Assembly: GCA_023251595.1 (NCBI GenBank)
Contig: JAHEYM010000001.1
Coordinates: forward strand, 8,675-45,158
Reading direction: 5' to 3'
DNA length: 36,484 nucleotides
Origin: Bacteroidota bacterium
GTDB taxonomy: Bacteria > Bacteroidota > Bacteroidia > AKYH767-A > JABDAW01
Made by a program: the position numbers and the translations under genes. Numbering within the stretch: the first letter of the stretch is position 1; each line of letters begins with the position of its first letter. Below the pieces are notes generated by a model, which worked only from the letters and a program-made list of their open reading frames with translations, did not search any database and was not told the DNA's origin. Positions 1 through 8,197 of this stretch are shown here, piece after piece.

Positions 1-227
1 CGATATTTTTTTAATTCATAATAAGCTATGCCAAGACGAAGTCGCAAATAATAGTAGTCAAAATTCTGAGCAACAGCCTCGTTTCCGAATTGAATCAATT
101 CTTTCCAGTTTTTATCCGTATACAGTTTATAGGATTTAGACTCTACAGTGGCGGAGGTCAATTTCTCCTGCGCATGTGCAGGAAGGAAATAACAAACGAA
201 GAAAACGACAACTATTAGTCTATACAT
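1..227 (-). CDS. Partial CDS (N-terminus only, continues past window start): secreted protein, possibly TPR-like
   Basis: Absent from the ORF track because it runs off the window. Reverse complement from the ATG at 227 reads MYRLIVVVFFVCYFLPAHAQEKLTSATVESKSYKLYTDKNWKELIQFGNEAVAQNFDYYYLRLRLGIAYYELKKY with no stop to position 1. Signal-peptide-like N-terminus. Start overlaps the stop of the upstream gene by 13 nt. Confidence 0.4.
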   Translation of the reverse strand, partial: MYRLIVVVFFVCYFLPAHAQEKLTSATVESKSYKLYTDKNWKELIQFGNEAVAQNFDYYYLRLRLGIAYYELKKY

Positions 228-2413
228 TCTGCTACTATTTTTTGATTTTTACCTGTTATTGTGATTTTTTCGATCCGACCTTTTTTCAAAACAAAATCGA
301 ATTCTCTTTTCTCCAAAACACGGTTTCCACTAAATGATTCAGCACTTGATTTTAAAGTGATTTGCTGTGGATTTGCAATATCATCTATTGAGGTATGAAC
401 AGCATTAAATTTCGCCCTGAGAAATATATGAAATGGTGCGATAAAATCGTGGAAGAACCGGATCACTCCACCAAAATAATTATGAACCGGTAGTACATCC
501 GATACATCCATTCCGCCATAATAACCTAAAATAATTTTATGCGCACCTGAATAGAAATGAAACAACAGTGAATTCTGATCACCATAAAAGTCAGTGAAAT
601 AATGAAGTGTTTCGTTATTGGTGAAGTATGCCGAAGACTTGGTTGTGGGACAATATATATAAGCTCTGTTGTATGCATCAGAATAAATTTCCCATTTCAG
701 TTCCTGATCTCCGCCCTTCATTCCCGTAACTTTAAATTGCATCGTCTCACCGGGAATAAAATTAAATGCCTCGCGAATAAGTTTTGTCGTTGCTACCCGG
801 GATACATATTCCCCCTCGTCAGGATATTCAAATGAATGAAAACTATATTTATCTAAATCCCTCGAAATATAATAACTCAGGGGATATTGCAGTGTTTTAG
901 ATCCGATAGAAGGCGTTGCCTGAATCTGGAAATGAATATGCGGTTCGGGGGAACGACCTGAATTACCACAGTTTGCGATGATATCTCCTTTACTGACATA
1001 ATCACCAATCTTCACCCTAAAACTCCCTTTCTTAATGTGTGAAATTTTTGTAAATAATAAATCTGCATGTTTAATCACAATGGTATTTCCCCAATTATGT
1101 TGCAAATCAACATTGCCAATTTCATTATCTTCTACGTCATCATTAAGCGCAATAACATAACCGCCGGCAGGAGAAAGAACGGGAAGATTATAACAGTAAA
1201 AATCGGTTGTTGAGGTCCCCGGCAAACGAAAAGTTTTAGACATTTCATCAACGACAACAAAATCCCATGCATATTTCCAATCATCTTTATGCGTGATTTT
1301 CCCGTCAATTCCTTGCGAAACAAACCATTCACCAAAAAAAGGAAGATTTATATGAAAGTAAGTTTCGTTTTTATAGCGCTCCATCCGATAATGATGGAGA
1401 TATAAATTTTTCTCGGGTGAATATAATTGAACGCTCACAAGATCCGGTCGTTTAGGAACAGCTCTTAAATTAAGCACATATAATATCAACATCACCAGAA
1501 AATTAAAAGGTAAAGAATAAAGAGGTAGTTGATAAATGGAGAGAAGTCCGCCTAGCGCAGATATTAAAATTCCTGTAAGCGGGGTACAGACGACGACCAA
1601 TAAATAAGATCGGAATGATGGCACCAAAAAGAATCCGCCCAACGCAATCGCCGTGAGAATAAAATTAAATCCGATATAACTATATTGAAGTTCTGTGAAA
1701 TTTCCCTGAATAAGATAGTAAAAAAGATATCCGGTTGAAAATCCCAAAAGAGAAAGGGAGAATGCAATTCGCGAACAGAATAGGAGTCCAACTGCAATTA
1801 AAACCCCTGAAATAATATTATATTGAAATAAAATAGCGCCGAGTGATTTAAGATACACCTCAATAAACCGTGGAATGGGAATTGTATTTATATCGTTATA
1901 AAACTTCACAAGCCGCGGTCCACCCCAGCTCCACAATTCATTATATGTATATATACCTCGTTCACTTAAATGCAATGCACCGTAGTTCCTGGCGCTAAGA
2001 ATTACAAGCCAGATTCCAATCATAAACGGAATACTAAGAAAGGGTATGCCGTGTCGCGAGGTTAAAGCAGAAACTGAAACCGTGATGAGTAACGTAAGAA
2101 CGGAAACCAGGACAAGAAACAAGAAAAATTCGGGATTAAATTGATAAAATATCCCCATCACCATTCCCATCATCAGGGAATTATATCCATACGTTCCGTT
2201 CCGCGTTAAGGCAGGATTAAATCCAAACCACCGACTGAACAAAATTGAGATCAATACAGCGAGTAAGCCACTAAGACCGGCGAAAGGATCTACAAATGAA
2301 GCTAGCAATAAAAGCCAGGCGAATCGTTTATTATCCGAAAAAAATATCTGTGAATAGCTGTTAATCGAGCCTTCATAATAATTTTTCGATATGTCGATGA
2401 TTCGTCCCTTCAC
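215..2413 (-). CDS. Fusion protein: N-terminal urea-transporter (UT) family membrane domain plus C-terminal M23 (LytM-type) metallopeptidase domain
   Basis: The N-terminal ~330 aa shows the internally duplicated UT signature: SQIFFSDN...YGYNSLMMG...IPFLSIPF, then ILFQYN...IGFNFILTAIALGG...LPLYSLPF. The C-terminal part carries the M23 motif GNSGRSPEPHIHFQI preceded by a WDFVVVD-type segment. Confidence 0.8.
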   Translation of the reverse strand: MKGRIIDISKNYYEGSINSYSQIFFSDNKRFAWLLLLASFVDPFAGLSGLLAVLISILFSRWFGFNPALTRNGTYGYNSLMMGMVMGIFYQFNPEFFLFLVLVSVLTLLITVSVSALTSRHGIPFLSIPFMIGIWLVILSARNYGALHLSERGIYTYNELWSWGGPRLVKFYNDINTIPIPRFIEVYLKSLGAILFQYNIISGVLIAVGLLFCSRIAFSLSLLGFSTGYLFYYLIQGNFTELQYSYIGFNFILTAIALGGFFLVPSFRSYLLVVVCTPLTGILISALGGLLSIYQLPLYSLPFNFLVMLILYVLNLRAVPKRPDLVSVQLYSPEKNLYLHHYRMERYKNETYFHINLPFFGEWFVSQGIDGKITHKDDWKYAWDFVVVDEMSKTFRLPGTSTTDFYCYNLPVLSPAGGYVIALNDDVEDNEIGNVDLQHNWGNTIVIKHADLLFTKISHIKKGSFRVKIGDYVSKGDIIANCGNSGRSPEPHIHFQIQATPSIGSKTLQYPLSYYISRDLDKYSFHSFEYPDEGEYVSRVATTKLIREAFNFIPGETMQFKVTGMKGGDQELKWEIYSDAYNRAYIYCPTTKSSAYFTNNETLHYFTDFYGDQNSLLFHFYSGAHKIILGYYGGMDVSDVLPVHNYFGGVIRFFHDFIAPFHIFLRAKFNAVHTSIDDIANPQQITLKSSAESFSGNRVLEKREFDFVLKKGRIEKITITGKNQKIVAECID

Positions 2414-2420
2414 ACAGCAA

Positions 2421-3779
2421 TTATAGTTTTATTTCTTTCAGATAAGCAGGAAGAACTTCTTCGGACTCTATAGTTTGAAGGGTTTCTCTTTTACGAATAA
2501 CGTGTGCTTTTTCTTCCAGATCGATTAATACAATTGCCGGGCGAAGTGAAATAAATTGCATCCACTGTGTCATATTATAAGCACCAACACAATGCACGAC
2601 TACCTGATCATTTCGTTTCAGAGGAGGCAAAGTTACATTTTCGCGAATCACGTCGATATTCATACAAAGAGGTCCGTATAAAACAGCATCTTCGGTGTAT
2701 TGCGAGAATTCTTGTGCAGGCGAAATTTTATGATCGTACCAGAATGAAGTAAACATAATATTAACACCAAAATCCATAATAGTTGCCCTTCTGCCGTCGG
2801 CCAAACGTTTATTTGAAATTACAGATCCGAGAAGATAACCCGCATCATCTACCAACGCACGTCCGGTTTCAAGAATCAGCAAAGGTAAGTCAGATTCTCC
2901 AAATCCTGCATTTAAAATTGCAGTAGTAATCGCCTCTGCAAACTGATCGAATGAAGGAGAAGAATCGGCACCTTGCAAATACGAACCTTTCAGTGTGTTT
3001 TTAGATGCAAACCCACCACCAAGATCGATATATTGGATATTTTTCTTATATTTCAGTTTCACCCCCAGCGCGAGGTCTGATAGCTTGGTCGCGGCGACAG
3101 CATAAGCGCTTGGGGCAAGCATGAAAGTGCCTATGTGTGCGTGAAGTCCGACGAGATCCATTTTATCGTTTAACATAATTTTATTGATGGCATCCCATGC
3201 TTGTCCGTTTTCATAATTGAAACCGAATCGATCCCACATCGGATAAATTCCGGTATCCATATTCACTCTGATCGCGACTCTGGGCCTTTTATTCATCTCG
3301 GTCGCAAGCTCTTTAATTAAATATAATTCATCGAGGTGATCGATATGAATCATCGAATTATTATATATAGCGGCCCTCAGTTCCGACTCGGTTTTGTCGG
3401 GACCATTAAATATAATTTTATTTCCGGGCACTCCGTTCTTCAATGCTTTCTGGTATTCAAAACCCGAAACTGCCTCGGCCCAGGAGCCTTCCTGATGATA
3501 AACATTGCACACGGCATTCATATAGTTTGTTTTATATGACCATGCAAATTGAACTTTCGGATAGCGGTTTTTAAAAGCCCTGTTCGCATCCTTATAATTC
3601 TGACGCATTGTTTTTTCCGACAAAACAAAAAGTGGCGAACCGAATTTCGTGATCAGATCTTTCACACGGTTTCCATCGATTTCAGTAACGGGTGCATATT
3701 CGGTTTTTGTTCCGAATTTATTCATCACTCCGGCATTCAGTCTCTGAATTACCGGTCTTTCATATTGGATTTTTTTCAT
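2421..3779 (-). CDS. PLP-dependent decarboxylase, fold type III (Orn/DAP/Arg decarboxylase family 2); substrate unknown
   Basis: Family motifs in the canonical order: PLP-lysine segment FAWSYKTNY, GLHAHIGT, IDLGGGF, ETGRALV, GPLCMNID, VGAYN. Confidence 0.85.
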   Translation of the reverse strand: MKKIQYERPVIQRLNAGVMNKFGTKTEYAPVTEIDGNRVKDLITKFGSPLFVLSEKTMRQNYKDANRAFKNRYPKVQFAWSYKTNYMNAVCNVYHQEGSWAEAVSGFEYQKALKNGVPGNKIIFNGPDKTESELRAAIYNNSMIHIDHLDELYLIKELATEMNKRPRVAIRVNMDTGIYPMWDRFGFNYENGQAWDAINKIMLNDKMDLVGLHAHIGTFMLAPSAYAVAATKLSDLALGVKLKYKKNIQYIDLGGGFASKNTLKGSYLQGADSSPSFDQFAEAITTAILNAGFGESDLPLLILETGRALVDDAGYLLGSVISNKRLADGRRATIMDFGVNIMFTSFWYDHKISPAQEFSQYTEDAVLYGPLCMNIDVIRENVTLPPLKRNDQVVVHCVGAYNMTQWMQFISLRPAIVLIDLEEKAHVIRKRETLQTIESEEVLPAYLKEIKL

Positions 3780-3809
3780 ATCTTGAAGTTCAGGTGTTTT
3801 GTGGTATTA

Positions 3810-3911
3810 GGTTGAAGGGTTGAAGGGTTGAAGGGTTGAAGGGTTTTTGCATGAATAGACATTTAATTAATTATTTTTATTTTCAACTCTTCAACCTTTC
3901 AACTTTTCAAC
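3810..3911. repeat. Inverted pair of octamer tandem arrays: (GGTTGAAG)x4 at 3810-3841 and (TTCAACNN)x4 at 3882-3911, able to form a long interrupted hairpin
   Basis: Read directly. Four 6-bp GTTGAA/TTCAAC blocks can pair, separated by 2-nt partly mismatched positions, around an AT-rich ~40-nt loop. It fills the gap between the ATP-grasp stop and the decarboxylase start. Confidence 0.75.
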
Positions 3912-3917
3912 TATTTA

Positions 3918-4967
3918 TTAAAGCTCTCCTAGCGTTGATATCTTTTCAAATTCTGATAATTCAACAATCATATCATAGGCATACCGGATAAACATTTTTC
4001 CGACATCGAATTTTTTCCAGGGTTTGACAGGCATTCCCATTGCCATTTTTACCAATGCTTCAGGATGATTTTGTCCGCAACCGACCGCAAGATAAACCCA
4101 AGCCGGAAATCGCGGATTAATTTCAATTAAATAATAATCTCCTTCCCTTGTTTTAATTATTTCGAGTTCCATTCCACCTCTCCACTTTGTCGATTTAATT
4201 AACTTTCTTGTAGTCTTCATCAATTCATCGTCATCGAGAGAAATACCCGCCCAAGCTTTTCCTTTATCCGTTATATACTGTTTTCGCATTGGTACTGCAC
4301 CGATTGTATTTCCTTTGCCATCGCCCAGAGCGGTAACATTCACCTCCGAACCATATACATATTGTTGAACGATGATTGGCAATCCCCATTTCGCTGAAAT
4401 TTTATTGAAATAGGTCACAGCTTGTTCGGGTGTGTAAGCAACGGAAGCATCGTAATATTGACCTTTTACGACAAGCGGGTAAGTAAATTCTGCGCGCAAA
4501 CCGGGAATATCATGAATCGAAAATATTTTTTTGCTGTGTGGAACTTTAATCCCATGTTTAATTCCATATTCATTTAAACAATGTTTTTGACGCGCTTCGA
4601 ATTGTTCTGATGTCGGGAGGAATGTTTTTATTCCAAGATCATCACGTAGGGTTTCTTCCAATTTTATGAAGTTGAATAATTCGGCATCAAAATTCGGAAT
4701 TAACACATCAATATTTTCGATGGAATTAATATATCTCAATCTTGTAAGAAGACTCGCAACGCCCGAAGAAGGAAAAGGAATCTGATAGGTTTTATCGACC
4801 AGATCGTGCATATATATACCTGGCTCGAGCGTCTCGTACGAAAGTCCGATGATCCGGACATCAAAGTCCTTACTGTCGCGAAGTGCACGTATCACAGGTA
4901 CCCCGGGGCCCGGACTATCGATGGCATTAAGTCCCGTTACCGCGACGTTAATTAGTGGCTTTTTCAT
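3918..4967 (-). CDS. ATP-grasp family ligase (carboxylate-amine/peptide ligase type); substrate unknown
   Basis: 349 aa with a pre-ATP-grasp Rossmann-like N-terminus (VAVTGLNA..PG), a central YPLVVKG segment and the C-terminal Mg/ATP motif LIEINPRFPAW typical of ATP-grasp enzymes. Start overlaps the upstream PqqD-like gene by 20 nt. Confidence 0.8.
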   Translation of the reverse strand: MKKPLINVAVTGLNAIDSPGPGVPVIRALRDSKDFDVRIIGLSYETLEPGIYMHDLVDKTYQIPFPSSGVASLLTRLRYINSIENIDVLIPNFDAELFNFIKLEETLRDDLGIKTFLPTSEQFEARQKHCLNEYGIKHGIKVPHSKKIFSIHDIPGLRAEFTYPLVVKGQYYDASVAYTPEQAVTYFNKISAKWGLPIIVQQYVYGSEVNVTALGDGKGNTIGAVPMRKQYITDKGKAWAGISLDDDELMKTTRKLIKSTKWRGGMELEIIKTREGDYYLIEINPRFPAWVYLAVGCGQNHPEALVKMAMGMPVKPWKKFDVGKMFIRYAYDMIVELSEFEKISTLGEL

Positions 4968-5217
4968 CTTTTTCTTCGGTTTCCATAAGATTGAACCTGT
5001 TCAGCATGTTCACGAAATCGTAAAAGTCTTTTTCGAAGGTGGCATCATCGGTAAGATATTGAGCCAGGATCGCTTTTTTGACTTGTTCCGCGGTTTTCAT
5101 TTCTTGTAATAACCGAATGATTTCCAGTCCGATAGGATTTGTAGAGAAGGAGTCGCCGGTTGACGGATTGAAAACGAATCCGGAGTCGCTGAGTGCAATG
5201 TTTCGCTTGATGTTCAT
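4948..5217 (-). CDS. PqqD-family small protein (RiPP-recognition-element / peptide chaperone fold) with an acidic C-terminal tail
   Basis: 89 aa. The pattern FVFNPSTGDSFSTNPIGLEIIRLLQEMKTAEQVKKAILAQY...FEKDFYDFVNMLNRFNL matches the PqqD consensus (NP.TG....LN..G..I...L....t..ei...l...Y.v......D...F...L...gl). Tail is METEEKDEKATN. Confidence 0.75.
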   Translation of the reverse strand: MNIKRNIALSDSGFVFNPSTGDSFSTNPIGLEIIRLLQEMKTAEQVKKAILAQYLTDDATFEKDFYDFVNMLNRFNLMETEEKDEKATN

Positions 5218-5231
5218 GGTTTTATGTGTTT

Positions 5232-5279
5232 GTCGATAGGTTGATAGGTTGATGGGTTGAAGGGTTGAAGGGTTGATGG
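5232..5279. repeat. Six-unit octamer tandem array GTCGATAG GTTGATAG GTTGATGG GTTGAAGG GTTGAAGG GTTGATGG
   Basis: Read directly. Begins 15 nt upstream of the PqqD-like start codon. Same word family as 3810-3911. Confidence 0.8.
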
Positions 5280-5397
5280 TGTAATGTGCTTACAAAGGTG
5301 GGACTGGAACAAAGCAAGGTCGTTACAGTTTAAAATGAAAATGTTATAAAATTAGGTTTTTGACTGCTCTTGGCTGTTTTTGTAACTCTTTGCATCG

Positions 5398-5440
5398 TGA
5401 CCCCATCCCCGACCCTTCCCCAAAAAGGGAAGGGAGGAAA
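5398..5440. repeat. GC-rich hairpin element TGACCCCATCCCCGACCCTTCCCCAAAAAGGGAAGGGAGGAAA (copy 1 of 2)
   Basis: Near-identical copy at 31575-31616. Core palindrome is CCCTTCCC-CAAAAA-GGGAAGGG. Confidence 0.8.
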
Positions 5441-5466
5441 GAATTCATTCTTTGCGAAAAACATTT

Positions 5467-5508
5467 TCTTTGTGCCTTTGCGTCTTCGCAGCCAAATTAG
5501 TATTTTTG
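5467..5508 (+). promoter_or_regulatory. Dispersed repeat copy containing a full Bacteroidota-type promoter (-33 TTTG 5477-5480, 20-nt spacer, -7 TATTTTTG 5501-5508)
   Basis: Matches TTTG-N20-TAnnTTTG, with the -7 box 20 nt upstream of the ATG at 5529. The 5467-5499 part is ~85% identical to 22997-23030. Confidence 0.5.
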
Positions 5509-5528
5509 TTTCTAAATTTATAAATGAC

Positions 5529-5903
5529 ATGAGTGAAACGCTTGAATCCGTTTTCAAAGCAGTTAAACCACTCTTAATTCCATATGGAAAAAAGTTGGAT
5601 GTGCGTGGCGATGGGGAGAAAAATTATGCTATATATACAGTTAAGCCCGTCACGATGTTTGGAAGGGAATTTCCAAATCTGTTTTTTGCATCTGTTCAGA
5701 TTCAAAAGAATTTTGTCGGACTTTATTTCTTTCCTATATATACAAACCCTGATAAATTTACTGATCTACCGCCAGAATTAAAAAAATGTCTGAAAGGGAA
5801 ATCCTGTTTCCACATTAAAAAAAGCGATCCGGTTTTAATGAAACAAATTGCAGATCTATTGAAAAAAGGGGCAGAACTATATAAGAAGGGAGGGATTATT
5901 TGA
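5529..5903 (+). CDS. Small conserved protein, DUF1801/YdhG-like (tentative)
   Basis: The ORF track starts at 5370, but the first 53 codons translate repeat elements. I chose the internal ATG at 5529 (MSETLESVFKAV...), which sits behind the predicted promoter. The domain call rests only on general resemblance. Confidence 0.45.
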   Translation: MSETLESVFKAVKPLLIPYGKKLDVRGDGEKNYAIYTVKPVTMFGREFPNLFFASVQIQKNFVGLYFFPIYTNPDKFTDLPPELKKCLKGKSCFHIKKSDPVLMKQIADLLKKGAELYKKGGII

Positions 5904-5905
5904 GA

Positions 5906-6478
5906 TCACTTATAAAAGTGCATTTCCTTCACATACTCCCAAACTTTTTCCGTCAGCATATAACGCACATCTTTTTTATTCTTAATTGCATCTCGGATAA
6001 ATGTGGAAGAAATTTCCATCAAAGGAGCTTCAATTAATTTTACGTGAGGGTGGGTGATGAATTTTCCACCGGAAGAATTTTTTCTGGGATAAACATAAAT
6101 CTCATATTGCTCCAGAATCTGTTCGTAATTCTTCCATTTATCAAACGTATCTAAAATATCGGTGCCCGCAATCAACACAAATTTATCGTCGGGATGTTGT
6201 TCTTGTATATATGTAAGCGTGTTGATCGTGTATGAGGGTATAGGTAGGGAGAATTCAATATTCGATGCTTTTAATTTCAAATTATATTCGATCGACATTC
6301 TCACCATCATTAATCTTTGAACATCGGGTAGGAGTGTATGCCTTATCTTCAAAGGATTCTGGGGACTCACCACAAACCACACCTGATCGAGATCTGTGAA
6401 TTCTGACATGTAACTGCCAATCACCAGATGACCGATGTGAAATGGATTAAATGTACCGAAAAACAAACCGATTTTCAT
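5906..6478 (-). CDS. nadD: Nicotinate-nucleotide adenylyltransferase
   Basis: 190 aa with the N-terminal GTFNPFHIGH nucleotidyltransferase motif and a C-terminal ISSTFIRD motif. Confidence 0.9.
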   Translation of the reverse strand: MKIGLFFGTFNPFHIGHLVIGSYMSEFTDLDQVWFVVSPQNPLKIRHTLLPDVQRLMMVRMSIEYNLKLKASNIEFSLPIPSYTINTLTYIQEQHPDDKFVLIAGTDILDTFDKWKNYEQILEQYEIYVYPRKNSSGGKFITHPHVKLIEAPLMEISSTFIRDAIKNKKDVRYMLTEKVWEYVKEMHFYK

Positions 6479-6496
6479 GTGTTAGTGTTGAGGTAG

Positions 6497-6516
6497 GGGC
6501 AATTCATGAATTGCCC
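6497..6516. repeat. Perfect 20-bp palindrome GGGCAATTCATGAATTGCCC
   Basis: Read directly. Abuts the gmk stop codon (6517-6519). A sister palindrome lies at 19866-19885. Confidence 0.85.
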
Positions 6517-7083
6517 TTACGATTTCAAGAATTTATCTACCATTTGTTCTGCCTTCATTAACGTTTCGTGCAGATCCTGATTGATGATTACATGATCGAA
6601 TAATTTCGCATATCCTAATTCCTGTTTTGCTTTATCCATACGTTGCTGAAGACTGGCAGGATTCTCCGTTCTTCTTGCGTATAATCTTTCTTCGAGCGCT
6701 TCAATCGAAGGGGGCATCACAAATACTGCCAATGCCTTTTCTCCGAATTGTTTTTTGAGAGCGAGTCCGCCACGAACATCTACATCAAAAATTACTGTTT
6801 TATTTTGCGCCCACAATTTTTCGAGTTCAGATTTTAAGGTTCCGTAATAAACACCATTATAAACTTCTTCCCATTCAATAAACTCATTCTCTTTTATTTT
6901 GTGAAGAAAATCTTTTTCCGAAATAAATTGATAATCAACCCCATCTTTTTCAATGCCCCGCAACTTCCGGGTCGTTGCAGAAACCGAAAATCCCAACGCT
7001 GAATTTCTCGCCAAAAGATGTTTGGTGACGGTAGTCTTACCAGAACCCGACGGACCACAAAAGAGAATTATTTTTCCTTGCAT
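6517..7083 (-). CDS. gmk: Guanylate kinase
   Basis: 188 aa with P-loop GPSGSGKTT and an SATTR..R..E.DG.DY.F segment. Confidence 0.93.
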   Translation of the reverse strand: MQGKIILFCGPSGSGKTTVTKHLLARNSALGFSVSATTRKLRGIEKDGVDYQFISEKDFLHKIKENEFIEWEEVYNGVYYGTLKSELEKLWAQNKTVIFDVDVRGGLALKKQFGEKALAVFVMPPSIEALEERLYARRTENPASLQQRMDKAKQELGYAKLFDHVIINQDLHETLMKAEQMVDKFLKS

Positions 7084-7085
7084 TA

Positions 7086-7955
7086 TTATAAAATATTTAA
7101 AAGTTGTTCTTTAATTTTTTCGATTCCGTCTTTCATCTGAACAACGATTTTCTGAATTTGCGCATCATTCGCTTTCGATCCGATCGTATTTACTTCTCTT
7201 CCCATTTCCTGAGTAATAAAACCGAGCTTTTTTCCCGTGTTTTCACTCGCACCAAGCATTTCATCAAAATATTTTATATGCGCGCGTAAACGAACTTTTT
7301 CTTCTGTGACATCTAATTTTTCAACATAAAAAATAAGCTCCTGTTCCAAACGATTTTCATCCAAACGATTTTTAGAAATGACATCAGCCAAACCATCCAT
7401 GAGTCTGGCACGCATTCTTTCCATACGGTCGGGATCGATTAATTCAATTTCATCGGCAAATTTCGCCAATTCCGCCGAACGGATTTTTAATTCTTTTTCA
7501 AGCTGTTTTCCTTCAATTCTCCTGAATTCATCGCAATTATCTATGGCGGTATCAATCGCACCTCTGAGAATAAAATATTCATCATCAGAAATTTCGGATC
7601 TTCCACCCGAAGTAATTTCCGGAAATTTCATCACCAAATTAAATATATCTGTATCCTTCGCTCCTAATTCATTTGCTAGAGAGGATAATTCATCATAATA
7701 ACTTTTTGCGACATCGCGATTAATATTGGCAGTTTTATTTCCACCGGTATCGCTTCCCATTGTCAGATCAATTTTTCCACGTTCCATACGTGTTGTAATA
7801 TCTTTCCGAACTTCAATATCTTTCTCTTTCAAACTAAAAGGAATCCGCATATTAAGATCAAGAAATTTACTATTGAGTGTTTTCACTTCAACCGTATAAA
7901 CTTTATCTCCAATACGGCAGGAAGACTTGCCGTAACCTGTCATCGATTTTATCAT
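7086..7955 (-). CDS. yicC: YicC-family stress-induced protein
   Basis: 289 aa with the SMTGYG N-terminus and the C-terminal DUF1732-like EMGREVNTIGSKAND segment. Confidence 0.85.
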   Translation of the reverse strand: MIKSMTGYGKSSCRIGDKVYTVEVKTLNSKFLDLNMRIPFSLKEKDIEVRKDITTRMERGKIDLTMGSDTGGNKTANINRDVAKSYYDELSSLANELGAKDTDIFNLVMKFPEITSGGRSEISDDEYFILRGAIDTAIDNCDEFRRIEGKQLEKELKIRSAELAKFADEIELIDPDRMERMRARLMDGLADVISKNRLDENRLEQELIFYVEKLDVTEEKVRLRAHIKYFDEMLGASENTGKKLGFITQEMGREVNTIGSKANDAQIQKIVVQMKDGIEKIKEQLLNIL

Positions 7956-8151
7956 AGAGTTTTTGCTTTATTGTTCACAAAGATAGGATTTGTACAATTG
8001 CTTAGACTAGTTTCGCTAAAAAGCAAGCTCCCCGTATGATGTGAACTTACCTCTAAATATAGTTAGACCGTTCTCGTAAATTTATTTTTCTATCTAACTG
8101 AAGTCTCCTTTCAAGAATTTAACAATGTGAGCAGCACTTTTTAAGAATGTT

Positions 8152-8193
8152 ACTTATAGTCTTTGATTTATAGTCAACAAGTTCTCACTTTTG
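8152..8193 (+). promoter_or_regulatory. C-box operator (ACTTATAGTC-TTTG-ATTTATAGTC, 8152-8175) interleaved with the C/R operon promoter (-33 TTTG 8162-8165; -7-like CACTTTTG 8186-8193)
   Basis: Two direct 10-nt copies, each containing the AnTnATAGTC-type half-site pattern of controller-protein operators. The spacer TTTG lies exactly 20 nt from a near-consensus -7 box that ends 4 nt before the GTG start, implying a near-leaderless mRNA. Confidence 0.65.
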
Positions 8194-8197
8194 TTTC

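Noticed and set aside
3810-5279. Possibility that the octamer or heptamer tandem arrays are CRISPR arrays.
   Set aside because: The units are 7-9 nt and directly abutting, with no unique spacers. No cas genes are present in the window.
5330-5557. 75-aa ORF (minus strand), and the N-terminal 53 codons of the 5370-5903 ORF (plus strand).
   Set aside because: Both read through the hairpin element and the promoter-bearing repeat (…FPPFPFWGRVGDGV…). The real gene most plausibly starts at 5529. I also considered the minus-strand ORF as a possible precursor peptide for the PqqD operon. I rejected that because it is repeat-encoded and overlaps the divergent gene's start.
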